Source: Sulfurimonadaceae bacterium (GTDB taxonomy: Bacteria; Campylobacterota; Campylobacteria; Campylobacterales; Sulfurimonadaceae). Taken from it: a DNA stretch of 35,760 bases. The DNA is taken from assembly GCA_041571435.1 (NCBI GenBank), contig JBFFUI010000021.1, positions 1 through 35,760 of the forward strand, given 5' to 3'. The notes under the pieces are model-generated. The model was not told the DNA's origin and did not search any database. It saw only the letters and a list, made by a program, of their open reading frames with translations. Below, piece by piece: positions 18,649 through 29,468 of the stretch; position 1 is the first letter of the stretch, and every line of letters begins with the position of its first letter. Both the position numbers and the translations under genes were made by a program.

Positions 18649-18673
18649 GCCTTTGCAGCAACGCTGCAAAGGC
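18649..18673 (+). terminator. Hairpin after adhesin gene, terminator-like
   Basis: Perfect 11-bp stem GCCTTTGCAGC-AAC-GCTGCAAAGGC 5 nt after the stop; no clear U-tract. Confidence 0.5.
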
Positions 18674-18784
18674 GCTGGCGCGTTGATTCTTTCGACTTAA
18701 TGTAAGTATGTGGGAGATACTTTACCCACTTCTTAGACTCACACGATATAATTGCACTATTATTACAAACCTAAAAGGTGACCC

Positions 18785-19711
18785 ATGCGCGGATATAAAA
18801 TTTTTGCCGGTAGTTCTTCTGTCGATTTTGCCCAGGAGATCTGTAAGACACTCGATGTTCCTCTAGCTAAAGCTGACGTAAAACGTTTCTCAGATGGTGA
18901 GATCTCTGTACAGATCGCTGAAAGTGTTCGTGGACGTGATGTCTTTATCGTTCAGTCTACAGGAGCACCGTCCAACGACAACCTGATGGAACTGCTTATT
19001 ATGACCGATGCCCTTCGCCGTTCATCAGCAAGCTCCATTACTGCAGTTGTCCCTTATTACGGGTATGCACGTCAAGATCGTAAAGCGGCGCCTCGTGTAC
19101 CTATCACGGCAAAACTTGTTGCCGACCTTTATGAGACTGCAGGGATCGACCGTGTTGTCACGATCGACCTGCATGCCGGTCAGATCCAGGGCTTTTTCAA
19201 CATTCCGGTAGACAACCTTTACGGTTCTATCGTCTTTAAAGAGTACGTCCAGTCCAAAAAACTTCCAAATCCTATCGTTGCTTCACCGGATATCGGCGGT
19301 GTTGCCCGTGCACGCTACTTTGCCAAGCAGCTTGGACTTGAGATGGTCATCGTTGACAAGCGTCGTGAAAAGGCAAACGAGTCTGAAGTGATGAACATCA
19401 TCGGTGATGTCGAAGGCAAAGATGTCATTATTGTTGATGACATGGTCGATACTGCCGGAACGATGGTAAAAGCGGCAGCGGCACTTAAAGCCAAAGGGGC
19501 AACATCGGTTATGGCGATCGCAACGCACGGTGTGTTGAGCGGAAAAGCCTACAGCAATCTCGACAGTGACGGCCTGGATGAACTCTGTATCTCCAATACG
19601 CTTGTCACAAAACCGCATGAAAGTATCACGGTACTGAGCGTCGCACCTCTTTTTGCCGAGGTTATCCGCCGTGTTTACCACAACGAAAGCGTCAACTCAC
19701 TGTTTGCGTAA
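18785..19711 (+). CDS. prs: Ribose-phosphate pyrophosphokinase
   Basis: FSDGEI, PYYGYARQDRK, DLHAGQIQGFF, SPDIGGVARAR, VDDMVDTAGT. Confidence 0.98.
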   Translation: MRGYKIFAGSSSVDFAQEICKTLDVPLAKADVKRFSDGEISVQIAESVRGRDVFIVQSTGAPSNDNLMELLIMTDALRRSSASSITAVVPYYGYARQDRKAAPRVPITAKLVADLYETAGIDRVVTIDLHAGQIQGFFNIPVDNLYGSIVFKEYVQSKKLPNPIVASPDIGGVARARYFAKQLGLEMVIVDKRREKANESEVMNIIGDVEGKDVIIVDDMVDTAGTMVKAAAALKAKGATSVMAIATHGVLSGKAYSNLDSDGLDELCISNTLVTKPHESITVLSVAPLFAEVIRRVYHNESVNSLFA

Positions 19712-19804
19712 GGGTTTGGGAAGCAATGCTTCTTGACAGTGCACCGCACTTTAAACAAATTATTGATGAAATAGAGAAGGCATCAGCCCTCTCTTCGGAA
19801 ACAT

Positions 19805-21601
19805 ATGAAAATAGAACATATAAGAAACTTCTCGATCATTGCCCACATTGACCACGGTAAATCAACGTTGGCCGACCGTATCATTCAAGAGTGTGGTGCC
19901 GTAAGTGAACGGGAAATGACCTCGCAGATGATGGACACGATGGACATCGAGCAGGAACGCGGTATTACGATCAAGGCACAATCTGTGCGTCTTGACTATG
20001 TCAAAGACGGCAAGCACTACAACCTAAACCTTATCGACACCCCGGGCCACGTCGATTTCTCGTATGAGGTGAGCAAATCACTGGCCTCATCTGACGGTGC
20101 ACTGCTGATCGTTGATGCTGCCCAGGGCGTTGAAGCGCAGACGATCGCCAATGTCTATCTGGCACTGGACAATGACCTTGAGCTATTGCCTGTCATCAAC
20201 AAGATCGATCTTCCGGCCGCTGAACCGGAGCGTGTTGCCGAAGAGATCGAAGCGAGTATCGGTATCGATGCAACAGACGCGTTGATGGTCTCTGCAAAGT
20301 CGGGACTTGGTATCCGTGATCTGATCGATGCCATCGTTGAACGTATCCCGGCACCGGAGGGCGATCCTGAAGCGCCGACCAAGGCGATCATCTATGACTC
20401 GTGGTTCGATCCGTATCTGGGTGCTTTGGCACTGGTGCGTGTCTTTGACGGCGAGATCAAAAAAAACCAGAACGTACTTCTGATGAGTACGAAAGAGCAT
20501 CATCAGGTACTTGACCTGATGTATCCGCACCCGCTCAAGCGTCAAAAGACGCAGGCGATCAAGACCGGTGAGATCGGGATCGTTGTACTGGGTCTGAAAG
20601 ATGTCGGTTCTGTCAATGTCGGTGACACCATTACGGACATGAAAAATCCGACGGCCGAGCCGGTCGGAAACTATGAACCTGCCAAACCGTTCGTCTTTGC
20701 CGGACTCTACCCGATAGACACGGACAAGTTTGAAGACCTGCGTGATGCCCTCGACAAACTTAAGCTCAATGACTCGTCGCTCTCGTATGAGCCGGAGACT
20801 TCGGTCGCGCTCGGTTTCGGTTTCCGTGTCGGTTTCCTTGGCATGCTGCATATGGAAGTTATCAAAGAGCGTCTGGAGCGGGAGTTCAACCTCGACCTGA
20901 TCGCAACGGCACCGTCGGTCGTCTATCATGTGACCATGACGGATGGTGAGCTCATAGAAGTGCAGAACCCGTCGGAACTGCCGCCGGTTAACCATATCGA
21001 GCGCATCGAAGAGCCATATGTACGGGCAACGGTCATTACACCGACGGAGTACCTCGGCAATGTCATGAACCTGCTTGTCTCGAAACGCGGGATGCAGGAC
21101 AAGATGGACTATCTCAATGAAGAGCGTGTTCTTCTGGAGTATTCGATCCCGATGAACGAGATCGTTGTCGATTTCTACGATCAGCTCAAATCGATCTCAA
21201 AAGGGTACGCCTCTTTTGACTATGAACCGATCGGGTTCCGTGAAGGTGACCTGGTCAAGCTCGATGTCAAGGTGGCCGGTGATGTGGTCGATGCCCTTTC
21301 GATCATTGTTCCCCGAACGGCAGCAGAGTCACGCGGCCGTGCGCTGGTCAAGAACATGAAAGAGATCGTGCCCCGTCAGCTTTTTGAAGTGGCGATCCAG
21401 GCGTCGCTGGGTAACAAGGTCATCGCCCGTGAGACGGTCAAGTCGATGGGTAAAAATGTTACCGCCAAATGTTACGGCGGTGACATCACGCGTAAACGTA
21501 AACTGCTTGAAAAACAGAAAGCGGGTAAAAAACGCATGAAGTCCATCGGCAAGGTCAACCTGCCGCAAGAGGCCTTCATGTCCGTCTTGAAAATGGACTA
21601 A
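19805..21601 (+). CDS. lepA: Elongation factor 4 (LepA)
   Basis: [67 protein letters not shown]. Confidence 0.98.
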   Translation: MKIEHIRNFSIIAHIDHGKSTLADRIIQECGAVSEREMTSQMMDTMDIEQERGITIKAQSVRLDYVKDGKHYNLNLIDTPGHVDFSYEVSKSLASSDGALLIVDAAQGVEAQTIANVYLALDNDLELLPVINKIDLPAAEPERVAEEIEASIGIDATDALMVSAKSGLGIRDLIDAIVERIPAPEGDPEAPTKAIIYDSWFDPYLGALALVRVFDGEIKKNQNVLLMSTKEHHQVLDLMYPHPLKRQKTQAIKTGEIGIVVLGLKDVGSVNVGDTITDMKNPTAEPVGNYEPAKPFVFAGLYPIDTDKFEDLRDALDKLKLNDSSLSYEPETSVALGFGFRVGFLGMLHMEVIKERLEREFNLDLIATAPSVVYHVTMTDGELIEVQNPSELPPVNHIERIEEPYVRATVITPTEYLGNVMNLLVSKRGMQDKMDYLNEERVLLEYSIPMNEIVVDFYDQLKSISKGYASFDYEPIGFREGDLVKLDVKVAGDVVDALSIIVPRTAAESRGRALVKNMKEIVPRQLFEVAIQASLGNKVIARETVKSMGKNVTAKCYGGDITRKRKLLEKQKAGKKRMKSIGKVNLPQEAFMSVLKMD

Positions 21602-21610
21602 GGCGTTGCC

Positions 21611-22183
21611 ATGAAGTGCCTTCTCTGCTCTTCATGGTCACTGACCCACATCTGTAAAGCGTGCCAGAACGAAAACCTCCAACCCTCACTCTACAAACGC
21701 AAGATCCGCGGCAACATCGATGTCTACTCTTTTTACAAGTACAGAGAGATCGAAAAACTGCTCCATACCAAACACACGGACCTTGGTTTTTACATCTACT
21801 CTCTCTTGGCGAAGATCGCTTTTCGCCGTTTCAGCAGGAGCTTCAGTTTTGAAGGTGCCGTGGCCTCTTTAGGTATAGACGAGCACGTCAGACACGGTTA
21901 CTCGCACACTGCCGTTTTGAACAAGAGCCTGCACTCGGAGCAGATCCGTCCCTATTTCGGCAAAATAACGGCGACGAGCAAGGAAAGCTACTCTGGAAAG
22001 AGTTTTCAATACCGCCTTTTGCACCCCCGCCGTTTTGTTGTCAGCGCGTTCAAAGAGCAGTATGTGATCCTTGTCGACGATATCATCACAACAGGGATGA
22101 CACTCACCCAGGCCGTAGAAGCCCTGGAGAAAGAGGGCAAAGAGGTGCTCTTCTGCCTGACGCTGGCGGATGCGGAGAAGTAG
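21611..22183 (+). CDS. comF: ComF family competence protein (zinc ribbon + PRTase-like)
   Basis: N-terminal CxxC...CxxC; ILVDDIITTGMT PRPP-binding loop. Confidence 0.85.
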   Translation: MKCLLCSSWSLTHICKACQNENLQPSLYKRKIRGNIDVYSFYKYREIEKLLHTKHTDLGFYIYSLLAKIAFRRFSRSFSFEGAVASLGIDEHVRHGYSHTAVLNKSLHSEQIRPYFGKITATSKESYSGKSFQYRLLHPRRFVVSAFKEQYVILVDDIITTGMTLTQAVEALEKEGKEVLFCLTLADAEK

Positions 22184-23269
22184 TTACCTCTTCAAAAAGG
22201 CGAGGACCTCTTTTTCGGTGCCTCGAAAGATCACAGGGATAGGGCTCTTCTCGATCTGATAGTAGTACATGGGGTCATAGTACTCTTCGAGGAGTATCTG
22301 TACCCACTCTTTGTGTGCCTCAGTTCTGCCGCTGATCTGTTGGACCTTGTAGGCATTTTCCAGTATGGATGTCAGGTGAATGAAACGTTCACTGCCCAGA
22401 CGTTTTCGGATGCGCTGGAGGTTTGCGTTCATCGCCTCGAACCATCTCTCGGCACCCTCTTCGCCGTACTGGTTCTCGTACTCGGCCAGTGATGCCGTGA
22501 CGTATTCGTCAAAGGTGATCTGCACACGTGTTTCGATAGGCGCTTCCAGGATGACCAGGCTCGCCTGCTGGAGGTTGTCAAAGACGGGTTTGGGGATGAA
22601 GACCCTGCCGATATTGTGGCTCTCATGCTCGATGATGAGTCTGTCGTGCGATTCGTTTTCATGACGGATAAGGGCGTAGGCCAGCCGGTCTTCAAAGTCG
22701 ATCTGGCTGGGCTGCGGTGTCGTATAGCGGCCGAACGACGAACCCCTGTGGTTAGCCAGTGCTTCGAGGTCGATCGCGTTGTCAAGTTTCTGGATAAGGA
22801 GCGTCTTTCCGCTGCCGGTCGTCCCGCCGATGATGATGGTCTCCGCCGCATCGCTGATGCGTTCGGACTCTTCCATCAGGAAACGGCGGAAGGCTTTATA
22901 GCCGCCTTTGAGACGGGGCACGGTGATGCCGGCTTCGGAGAGCCACTCTTGCGATATTTTGGAACGCTGCCCGCCGCGAAAGCAGTAGAGATAGGCATCG
23001 GAGTGTTGGCGCATAAAGTCTTTCCATGCTTGAACACGCTGCGCTTTTACTTCGCCCCGGATCAGCTCATGGCCGAGCTTGACCGCTTCGCTGTTGCCCG
23101 CCTCTTTGTAGCGTATACCGACGAGACGGCGCTCCTCGTCGTTCATGAGGGGGAGGTTGGTGGAGGTGGGAAACGCCCCTTTCTCAAACTCGACAGGAGC
23201 CCTCACGTCGATGAGAGGTCGCCCCTCCAGGACAATGGAGCGAAAATCGTCTGTCAACGGCAAGGCCAC
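22184..23269 (-). CDS. mnmH: tRNA 2-selenouridine synthase MnmH (SelU/YbbB)
   Basis: Rhodanese domain IDVRAPVEF...YCFRGGQRS, GGYKAFR; P-loop GTTGSGKT; LANHRGSSFG; YYDPMY; probable GTG start 1 nt after the selD stop. Confidence 0.94.
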   Translation of the reverse strand: MALPLTDDFRSIVLEGRPLIDVRAPVEFEKGAFPTSTNLPLMNDEERRLVGIRYKEAGNSEAVKLGHELIRGEVKAQRVQAWKDFMRQHSDAYLYCFRGGQRSKISQEWLSEAGITVPRLKGGYKAFRRFLMEESERISDAAETIIIGGTTGSGKTLLIQKLDNAIDLEALANHRGSSFGRYTTPQPSQIDFEDRLAYALIRHENESHDRLIIEHESHNIGRVFIPKPVFDNLQQASLVILEAPIETRVQITFDEYVTASLAEYENQYGEEGAERWFEAMNANLQRIRKRLGSERFIHLTSILENAYKVQQISGRTEAHKEWVQILLEEYYDPMYYYQIEKSPIPVIFRGTEKEVLAFLKR

Positions 23270-23270
23270 C

Positions 23271-24302
23271 CTAGACGACCTCGACGCTGTAGTCACCGCG
23301 CTCGTATGTCTCGCCGATAGATGTAAGCTCAAGACCGGCAGATCGGGTGATCTCCAGGAACGCCTCGACGCTCTCTTTATGGACAGCACACAGCAGTCCG
23401 CCAGAGGTCTGGGCGTCACAGAGAATGTCCTGCTGTTCAGCTGTCATCGGCGCGATCTTATGGCCGTAACTTTCAAAGTTACGGCGCGTGCCGCCGGGGA
23501 CACACTCCATCGCCAGGTACTTTTTGACATTGTTCAATACCGGGACATCATCAAAACGGATCACCGCACTGATGTCGCTCCCTTCACAGATCTCGGTAAG
23601 GTGACCGAGCAGTCCGAACCCCGTCACATCGGTCAGTGCAGTGACCCCTTCGAGTTCTGCGACTTGTGCACCGATCTTGTTGAGCGTACACATGGCGTCA
23701 ATAGCGACCTGGATGTCGCCTTCGGAGATCTTGCCCTGTTTTTGCGCTGTCGTCAAGATGCCGATACCGAGCGGTTTGGTCAAAAAGAGTTCGCAGTCGG
23801 CCTCTGCCGTGTCGTTGCGTTTGATGTTTTTGTTCTCCGCGATGCCCGTTACGGCGAGACCGAAGATAGGCTCCGGCGAGTCGATGCTGTGTCCTCCGGC
23901 AAGAGGGATACCGGCCTCTTCGCAGACGGAACGGCCGCCGTCAATGACCTTCTGGGCGACATCCGCATCGAGTTTGTTGATCGGCCAGCCGAAGATAGAG
24001 ATCGCCATAAGCGGTTTGCCGCCCATCGCGTAGATGTCGCTGATGGCATTGGTCGCAGCGATACGTCCGAAGGTAAAGGGGTCATCCACGATCGGCATAA
24101 AGAAGTCGGTGGTGCTCAGGACGGATGTTCCGTTGCCGAGATCGAAAGCGGCTGCATCATCGTTTGTGGCGTTTCCGACCAGCAGTTCGGGATGTTCTAT
24201 GGTCTCTCTGGAGGTCTCAAGTATCTGTTTCAGCAGTTTAGGTGATATCTTGCAGCCACAACCGGCGCCATGGCTGTATTGTGTCAGTTTTATTTCATTC
24301 AT
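23271..24302 (-). CDS. selD: Selenide, water dikinase SelD (Cys form)
   Basis: [34 protein letters not shown]-like motif, [25 protein letters not shown]. Confidence 0.97.
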   Translation of the reverse strand: MNEIKLTQYSHGAGCGCKISPKLLKQILETSRETIEHPELLVGNATNDDAAAFDLGNGTSVLSTTDFFMPIVDDPFTFGRIAATNAISDIYAMGGKPLMAISIFGWPINKLDADVAQKVIDGGRSVCEEAGIPLAGGHSIDSPEPIFGLAVTGIAENKNIKRNDTAEADCELFLTKPLGIGILTTAQKQGKISEGDIQVAIDAMCTLNKIGAQVAELEGVTALTDVTGFGLLGHLTEICEGSDISAVIRFDDVPVLNNVKKYLAMECVPGGTRRNFESYGHKIAPMTAEQQDILCDAQTSGGLLCAVHKESVEAFLEITRSAGLELTSIGETYERGDYSVEVV

Positions 24303-24439
24303 TGGGTCTCTTTCTTCTCATAAAGGCACCTGTAAATCTACAGGCTTTCAGTAGCCTCATGATAGTCCCGTTTGACTAAAAACGCACTTTAGCAGTTAGA
24401 AAATGGTATGATTTTTAAAAATATTTTTGAGAGCTGCCA

Positions 24440-24916
24440 ATGAAAGAGATCACTATTACTATTCCGCACTTTAAAACGCTGATTTTGCGTCATGTTGTCT
24501 TGGACTACAATGGAACATTGGCAGAAGACGGTGAACTTAAAGAAGAGGCAAAACGACTGCTTGATGATCTTGCTCTGCAGTACAGTGTCCATGTCATCAC
24601 ATCCGACACGTTTGGCAGTGTTAGGGAGCAGTTAGAACACTTTGATGTCACGATAAAGGTGCTTAAAAGTGATGATCACACCGCGGAGAAAGCAGCCTAT
24701 ATCAATGAACTCGGCAGTGGCCATTGTGCAGCAGTCGGTAATGGGAACAATGATGCAGCGATGTTGAAAAAAGCAGCACTGGGTATCGCCTTGATAGGGG
24801 ATGAGGGGTGCAGTACGCAGACGATGGTCAATAGCGATATTGTCTGCCGTTCTATAAAAGATGCGATGAAACTGTTGCTGAGCGAAAAACGGCTTGTCGC
24901 AACACTGCGAAAATAG
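24440..24916 (+). CDS. HAD-superfamily hydrolase (soluble P-type ATPase-like)
   Basis: VLDYNGTLA motif I, ITSDTFG motif II, K, VGNGNND motif IV. Confidence 0.85.
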   Translation: MKEITITIPHFKTLILRHVVLDYNGTLAEDGELKEEAKRLLDDLALQYSVHVITSDTFGSVREQLEHFDVTIKVLKSDDHTAEKAAYINELGSGHCAAVGNGNNDAAMLKKAALGIALIGDEGCSTQTMVNSDIVCRSIKDAMKLLLSEKRLVATLRK

Positions 24917-24917
24917 G

Positions 24918-26489
24918 TCAGGTCCGGTTCGGATAAGGCTCCCGCATGCTCATCCTGGTATCGACGATAGCGCGCCCTACGGTGAAGTGGTACATGGTCT
25001 GAAAGGTCTCATCTTCGAGTCCCAGCATGCGGTGCATAACATCGTCAAGATAGCAGCCGATACCGGTAGCACTCAGACCGAGTGCCGTCGCTTCCAAATA
25101 GAGCTGTTGACCGATCTCGCCGCACTCCCAATATAGCTCTCTGTATTCATGTGTGCCGTAGCGCTCGATCGGTTCTTTGAACTGGGTGATCATCCCCAAT
25201 GAAAAAGCACTGTCACCGGCGATATCCTGCGAGCAGGAGATGAACTTGGCCTGCGAACGGAAGTCGCCATTTTCCAGAAGGTACAGCCCGGGCAGTTTCT
25301 CTTCCCAGAGAAAGTCCTTTCGTGTGAGGCGTTTAAGAGCACTTGTATGTTCCGGGTTGCGAATGTAGCAATAGAGCCCTTTCTCCAGCTCTTCAACATC
25401 ATGGATAAAGAGTGCAAAATTGACACGGCTACGAAAAGCATCGACCGGCGCGGTGACGGCGTGCAGCATCTGTCTGAACTGTTCGAGGTTGATATGTGTT
25501 CGGGCAAAGTCCATCGCCTGGGCACTGCGGCGTTTCAAGATCACCTCTTTGACGCTGACGTTGTTAGGCCTGCGTTCGGGTGGAGTTTTCTGGAGCTTAT
25601 GTTGTTCAATCGGTTCTGTGTCCACTTGCGATGCCTGCATGGCCAGCTCGACGGCTTCCCAGGGATAGTGGGAACGGCTCAGGAGGTTTGCATGGCCCTG
25701 AAACTGTGAAGGAAGGTCATTGAGAAGTTGTGTGAGGTCATACTGGCTTTGAGCGGTTTCGTCAATATGCAAGAGGGTCTGACCGATCTCCGGTTCACTG
25801 ACCTCGTATCGCGATTTTTGGTCAAGGCCGATCAGTTTTTCCAGCTCAGATAAGGGCAGATTTTCGACTTTCACACCCTGTAGACCCAAAGCCCTTGCAC
25901 TTACTTTGACCGCTTTCATTGCATGGCCGAGGTCCATATTGACATAACGAAAACAGCGTTCGCCGTATTTCCACATCTCACGCCAGGTTATGGAACTGAG
26001 CGCGACAAAGTAGCCGCGCTGTCTCTTTTCTCTCCAGTAATCGGTGTCAAATTCGGCCAGGATCTCAAGCGCATGTTCTTTGACGGCATAGTGGGCGATG
26101 ACACTTTTATCCGAGATGCCATGTACCGGCGGCAAGATAATGGTCGCTTCGGTAGGCTGCAGATTGCCGCTCGAGGCGTTACAGCGCAGCGCCCAGCAGT
26201 CGGTCCCGATGCATTTCCAGGCAGCGATACCGAGTGAGAACTGGAAAAGCTGTGCTATGGAGTAGAGGGAGATAGGTGCAGCGGGCAGATGGGCATCGCT
26301 CATGACAGTGTTGTAGCTCATAGTCGGGTTTTCAAAAGAGAGCGGAAGCTTGACAAGACGCGCGCCGCGATAGCTGCGAAACGGATCGGGTTGTGTTGCC
26401 CAGTCCATGTAGCCCAATGAAGCGGCGTAACGGTTAGGATGGTGCTTTGTTCGTTGATGATAGTCGAAGATAACGGCGGAATGATTCAT
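24918..26489 (-). CDS. SagB/ThcOx-family tandem nitroreductase-fold flavoprotein
   Basis: YHQRTKH, DWATQPDPFR, LRCNASSGNLQPTE, WKYGERCFRY, KRRSA, GQQLYLEATALGLSATGIGCYLDD, YHFTVG. Confidence 0.88.
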   Translation of the reverse strand: MNHSAVIFDYHQRTKHHPNRYAASLGYMDWATQPDPFRSYRGARLVKLPLSFENPTMSYNTVMSDAHLPAAPISLYSIAQLFQFSLGIAAWKCIGTDCWALRCNASSGNLQPTEATIILPPVHGISDKSVIAHYAVKEHALEILAEFDTDYWREKRQRGYFVALSSITWREMWKYGERCFRYVNMDLGHAMKAVKVSARALGLQGVKVENLPLSELEKLIGLDQKSRYEVSEPEIGQTLLHIDETAQSQYDLTQLLNDLPSQFQGHANLLSRSHYPWEAVELAMQASQVDTEPIEQHKLQKTPPERRPNNVSVKEVILKRRSAQAMDFARTHINLEQFRQMLHAVTAPVDAFRSRVNFALFIHDVEELEKGLYCYIRNPEHTSALKRLTRKDFLWEEKLPGLYLLENGDFRSQAKFISCSQDIAGDSAFSLGMITQFKEPIERYGTHEYRELYWECGEIGQQLYLEATALGLSATGIGCYLDDVMHRMLGLEDETFQTMYHFTVGRAIVDTRMSMREPYPNRT

Positions 26490-26760
26490 AAGAGGCCTGG
26501 TTAATAAAGGGGATGTGTCAAAAGATTATAGATAGCATTGTGTAAAAGAGGACTTGTATCCAAGGACTAGATTATTGTTTAAGAAAAGTCGTTGACGTAC
26601 AGATGCTCTCTATCCGTGCCCGGCTTTGAATGTGTAAAAGTAAACCGATAGAAACTGTTGTAATATCAATATAGGTCAGAATTCTCTTTTTTCTTTCAAT
26701 TTTTTTTTACTGACATTAGTACTGCTGTTCTCTTAGCCCCGTAATATAGGGGTTTTTAGA

Positions 26761-26781
26761 TATGAGTCTAATAGACTAAAT
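26761..26781. promoter_or_regulatory. HAIR-like (HspR) operator 1
   Basis: TATGAGT-N7-ACTAAAT, 10/14 to CTTGAGT-N7-ACTCAAG, upstream of grpE-dnaK. Confidence 0.6.
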
Positions 26782-26810
26782 TATGATTAGTCAATATCTA
26801 TCATAGATTA

Positions 26811-26831
26811 CTTGACAGTAAATGACTCATG
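26811..26831. promoter_or_regulatory. HAIR-like (HspR) operator 2 overlapping the -35 box
   Basis: CTTGACA-N7-ACTCATG, 11/14 to CTTGAGT-N7-ACTCAAG. Confidence 0.6.
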
Positions 26832-26840
26832 TGTTATAAT
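26812..26840 (+). promoter_or_regulatory. Housekeeping-sigma promoter of grpE-dnaK
   Basis: Exact TTGACA-17 nt-TATAAT with extended TG-n -10. Confidence 0.85.
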
Positions 26841-26876
26841 TTGTCCAGAATTCAAGAAAGGAGTCACTTATACATT

Positions 26877-27431
26877 ATGTCTGAAGATAAAAAAAATGAA
26901 GAGATACAATCGGTTGAAGAGGAACTCGAAGAGCAGTTAGAAGCGCACGAGGAATCTGAAGTCGAAGAGGTCGAAGATGAATTGGTTACTCTGAAAAACG
27001 AGGTAGCTGCGCTACAAGATAAATATGCACGTGTTCATGCGGACTTTGACAACATCAAAAAACGTCTTGAACGTGAGAAATATCAGGCGCTTGAATATGC
27101 AAACGAAAAGTTTGCAAAAGACCTTATCCCTGTTTTGGACGCTCTTGACGGTGCGATCAAAGCAAAGGATATGGAAGCAGATCCGGAGACCTTGCTTGAG
27201 AAGGTGAGCGAAGGGGTCGAATTAACACTTAAACAATTTTTGAGCGCAATGGAAAAGCACGGGGTGACACCGGTGAATGAAGATGAACCGTTTGATCCGA
27301 ATGTGCACCATGCGGTCCAGCAAATCGACAGTCCTGACCACGAAAGCGGTCAGATCGTCAGTACCTTTCAAAAAGGGTACAAATATAAAGAACGAACATT
27401 GCGTGATGCAATGGTCGTTATAGCAAACTAA
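26877..27431 (+). CDS. grpE: Nucleotide exchange factor GrpE
   Basis: [27 protein letters not shown]...[10 protein letters not shown]; start moved to ATG 26877 after AAGGAG. Confidence 0.96.
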   Translation: MSEDKKNEEIQSVEEELEEQLEAHEESEVEEVEDELVTLKNEVAALQDKYARVHADFDNIKKRLEREKYQALEYANEKFAKDLIPVLDALDGAIKAKDMEADPETLLEKVSEGVELTLKQFLSAMEKHGVTPVNEDEPFDPNVHHAVQQIDSPDHESGQIVSTFQKGYKYKERTLRDAMVVIAN

Positions 27432-27457
27432 TAAAACATCAATTTAAAGGAAATAAA

Positions 27458-29338
27458 ATGAGCAAAGTAATCGGAATCGATCTAGGTACAACAAATTCAT
27501 GTGTCGCTGTTTACGAGGGTGGTGAAGCGAAAGTTATCCCGAACAGCGAGGGTAAGAACACTACGCCATCTGTTGTTGCCTTTACAGACAAAGGTGAGGT
27601 ACTTGTTGGTGACCCTGCAAAACGTCAAGCGATCACTAACCCTGAAAAGACAATCTCTTCTATTAAGAGAATTATGGGTCTGATGATGGACGAAGAGACT
27701 GCTAAAGAGGCACACGACAAAGTAACCTATAAGATCGTCAATAAAGACGGTATGGCTGCTGTTGATGTTGCGGGCAAGATCTATACACCGCAAGAGATCT
27801 CTGCGAAGATCCTTTCAAAATTGAAAGAAGATGCTGAATCTTACATCGGGTCTACTGTAACTGACGCCGTTATTACGGTTCCTGCATACTTCAATGATGC
27901 GCAGCGTAAAGCGACTAAGGATGCCGGTACGATCGCAGGTCTTAATGTCCTACGTATTATCAATGAGCCGACTGCTTCTGCTCTTGCTTACGGTCTTGAG
28001 TCTAAAGCAGAAGAGAACGTCCTTGTCTACGACCTTGGTGGTGGTACATTCGACGTTACGGTACTTGAGATCTCTGACGGTACATTTGAAGTTCTTTCAA
28101 CAGACGGTAATGCATTCCTGGGCGGTGACGACTTTGATAACAAGATCGTTGATTACCTGAATGATGAGTTTAAAAGTTCTCACGGTATCGAGCTTAAAAA
28201 CGACAAGATGGCACTTCAGCGTCTTAAAGATGCAGCAGAAAATGCTAAAAAAGAGCTCTCTAGTTCAACTGAGACAGAGATCAACCTGCCGTTTATCACC
28301 ATGACGGATGCCGGGCCACAGCACCTTGTTGTTAAACTGACACGTGCGAAGTTTGAAGGGATGATCCAGTCACTTATCGCTGAGACGATCGATCACATCA
28401 AAGTGGCGATGAAAGATGCTGATCTAGACAACAATGAGATCAACGAGATCATCATGGTCGGCGGTTCGACACGTGTTCCTGCTGCACAGGAAGCGGTTAG
28501 CAAGTACTTCGGCGGTAAAAACCTTAACAAAGGTGTTAATCCGGATGAAGTTGTTGCAGCCGGTGCAGCGATCCAGGGTGGGGTACTCCGTGGAGACGTT
28601 AAAGACGTTCTTCTTCTTGACGTTACACCACTTTCACTTGGTATCGAGACACTTGGCGGTGTTGCGACTAAGATCATTGAAAAAGGGACAACGATCCCGG
28701 TTAAGAAATCTCAGGTCTTCTCGACAGCAGAAGATAACCAGCCTGCGGTTTCAATCAGCGTTGTCCAGGGTGAGCGCGAGTTCGCAAAAGACAACAAGTC
28801 ATTGGGTCTGTTCGAACTGTCTGACATCCCGGCAGCACCACGCGGTGTGCCACAGATCGAAGTAACATTCGATATTGATGCGAACGGTATCTTGACGGTT
28901 AGCTCAACAGACAAGGGAACAGGTAAGTCCCAGTCTATCACGATCTCAGGTTCATCAGGACTGAGTGAAGAAGAGATCAACAAAATGGTTCAGGATGCTG
29001 AAAACCATAAAGCGGAAGATGCAAAACGTAAAGAACTTGTTGACCTTCGTAACCAGGCTGATGCGCTTGTCGCTCAGACTGAGAAAACGCTAGGCGAAGC
29101 AGGCGACGATGTCGATGCTGAGGAAAAAGCGGCTATTGAAGCGGCGATCGCTGATCTGAAAGAGACGCTTAAAGATGAGTCTGCATCGAAAGAGACGATC
29201 GAAGAGAAAGTCAAAGTGTTGACAGAAGCGAGCCACAAAATGGCTGAGCGTATGTATCAAAAAGAGCAGGGCGGCGAAGCGGCAGATCAAGGGGCTAAAA
29301 AAGCCGATGATGATGTCATCGACGCTGAAATCGACTAA
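27458..29338 (+). CDS. dnaK: Chaperone DnaK (Hsp70)
   Basis: [57 protein letters not shown]. Confidence 0.99.
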   Translation: MSKVIGIDLGTTNSCVAVYEGGEAKVIPNSEGKNTTPSVVAFTDKGEVLVGDPAKRQAITNPEKTISSIKRIMGLMMDEETAKEAHDKVTYKIVNKDGMAAVDVAGKIYTPQEISAKILSKLKEDAESYIGSTVTDAVITVPAYFNDAQRKATKDAGTIAGLNVLRIINEPTASALAYGLESKAEENVLVYDLGGGTFDVTVLEISDGTFEVLSTDGNAFLGGDDFDNKIVDYLNDEFKSSHGIELKNDKMALQRLKDAAENAKKELSSSTETEINLPFITMTDAGPQHLVVKLTRAKFEGMIQSLIAETIDHIKVAMKDADLDNNEINEIIMVGGSTRVPAAQEAVSKYFGGKNLNKGVNPDEVVAAGAAIQGGVLRGDVKDVLLLDVTPLSLGIETLGGVATKIIEKGTTIPVKKSQVFSTAEDNQPAVSISVVQGEREFAKDNKSLGLFELSDIPAAPRGVPQIEVTFDIDANGILTVSSTDKGTGKSQSITISGSSGLSEEEINKMVQDAENHKAEDAKRKELVDLRNQADALVAQTEKTLGEAGDDVDAEEKAAIEAAIADLKETLKDESASKETIEEKVKVLTEASHKMAERMYQKEQGGEAADQGAKKADDDVIDAEID

Positions 29339-29345
29339 ATATATT

Positions 29346-29370
29346 GAGACAGCTCTGCTGTCTCTTCTTT
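29346..29370 (+). terminator. Intrinsic terminator after dnaK
   Basis: GAGACAGC-TCT-GCTGTCTC stem followed by TTCTTT. Confidence 0.75.
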
Positions 29371-29468
29371 CAAAAACTACACTTCGACTACATAACAGAT
29401 TTACCCTCCTCTCAGTTTAAAATGCTATTATCATCCATCATTTCAATATAAGACAGGTTTATAATCAT

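Noticed and set aside
16895-21568. Other long antisense ORFs (269 aa in the adhesin, 270 aa in lepA)
   Set aside because: Fully nested opposite well-supported genes, with no recognisable domains.
22616-24245. Long plus-strand ORFs (234 aa and 366 aa) opposite mnmH and selD
   Set aside because: Antisense shadows of GC-rich real genes; no motifs or RBS.
23271-24302. Selenocysteine recoding in selD or nearby genes
   Set aside because: selD has Cys codons at the active site; I saw no in-frame TGA with downstream homology in the neighbouring genes.
24918-26489. Azole-containing RiPP biosynthetic cluster
   Set aside because: No YcaO, E1-like protein, transporter or Cys/Ser/Thr-rich precursor in the window.
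26732-26760. TTAGCCCC...GGGGTT hairpin as a CIRCE element
   Set aside because: Does not fit TTAGCACTC-N9-GAGTGCTAA in the right arm or spacing.
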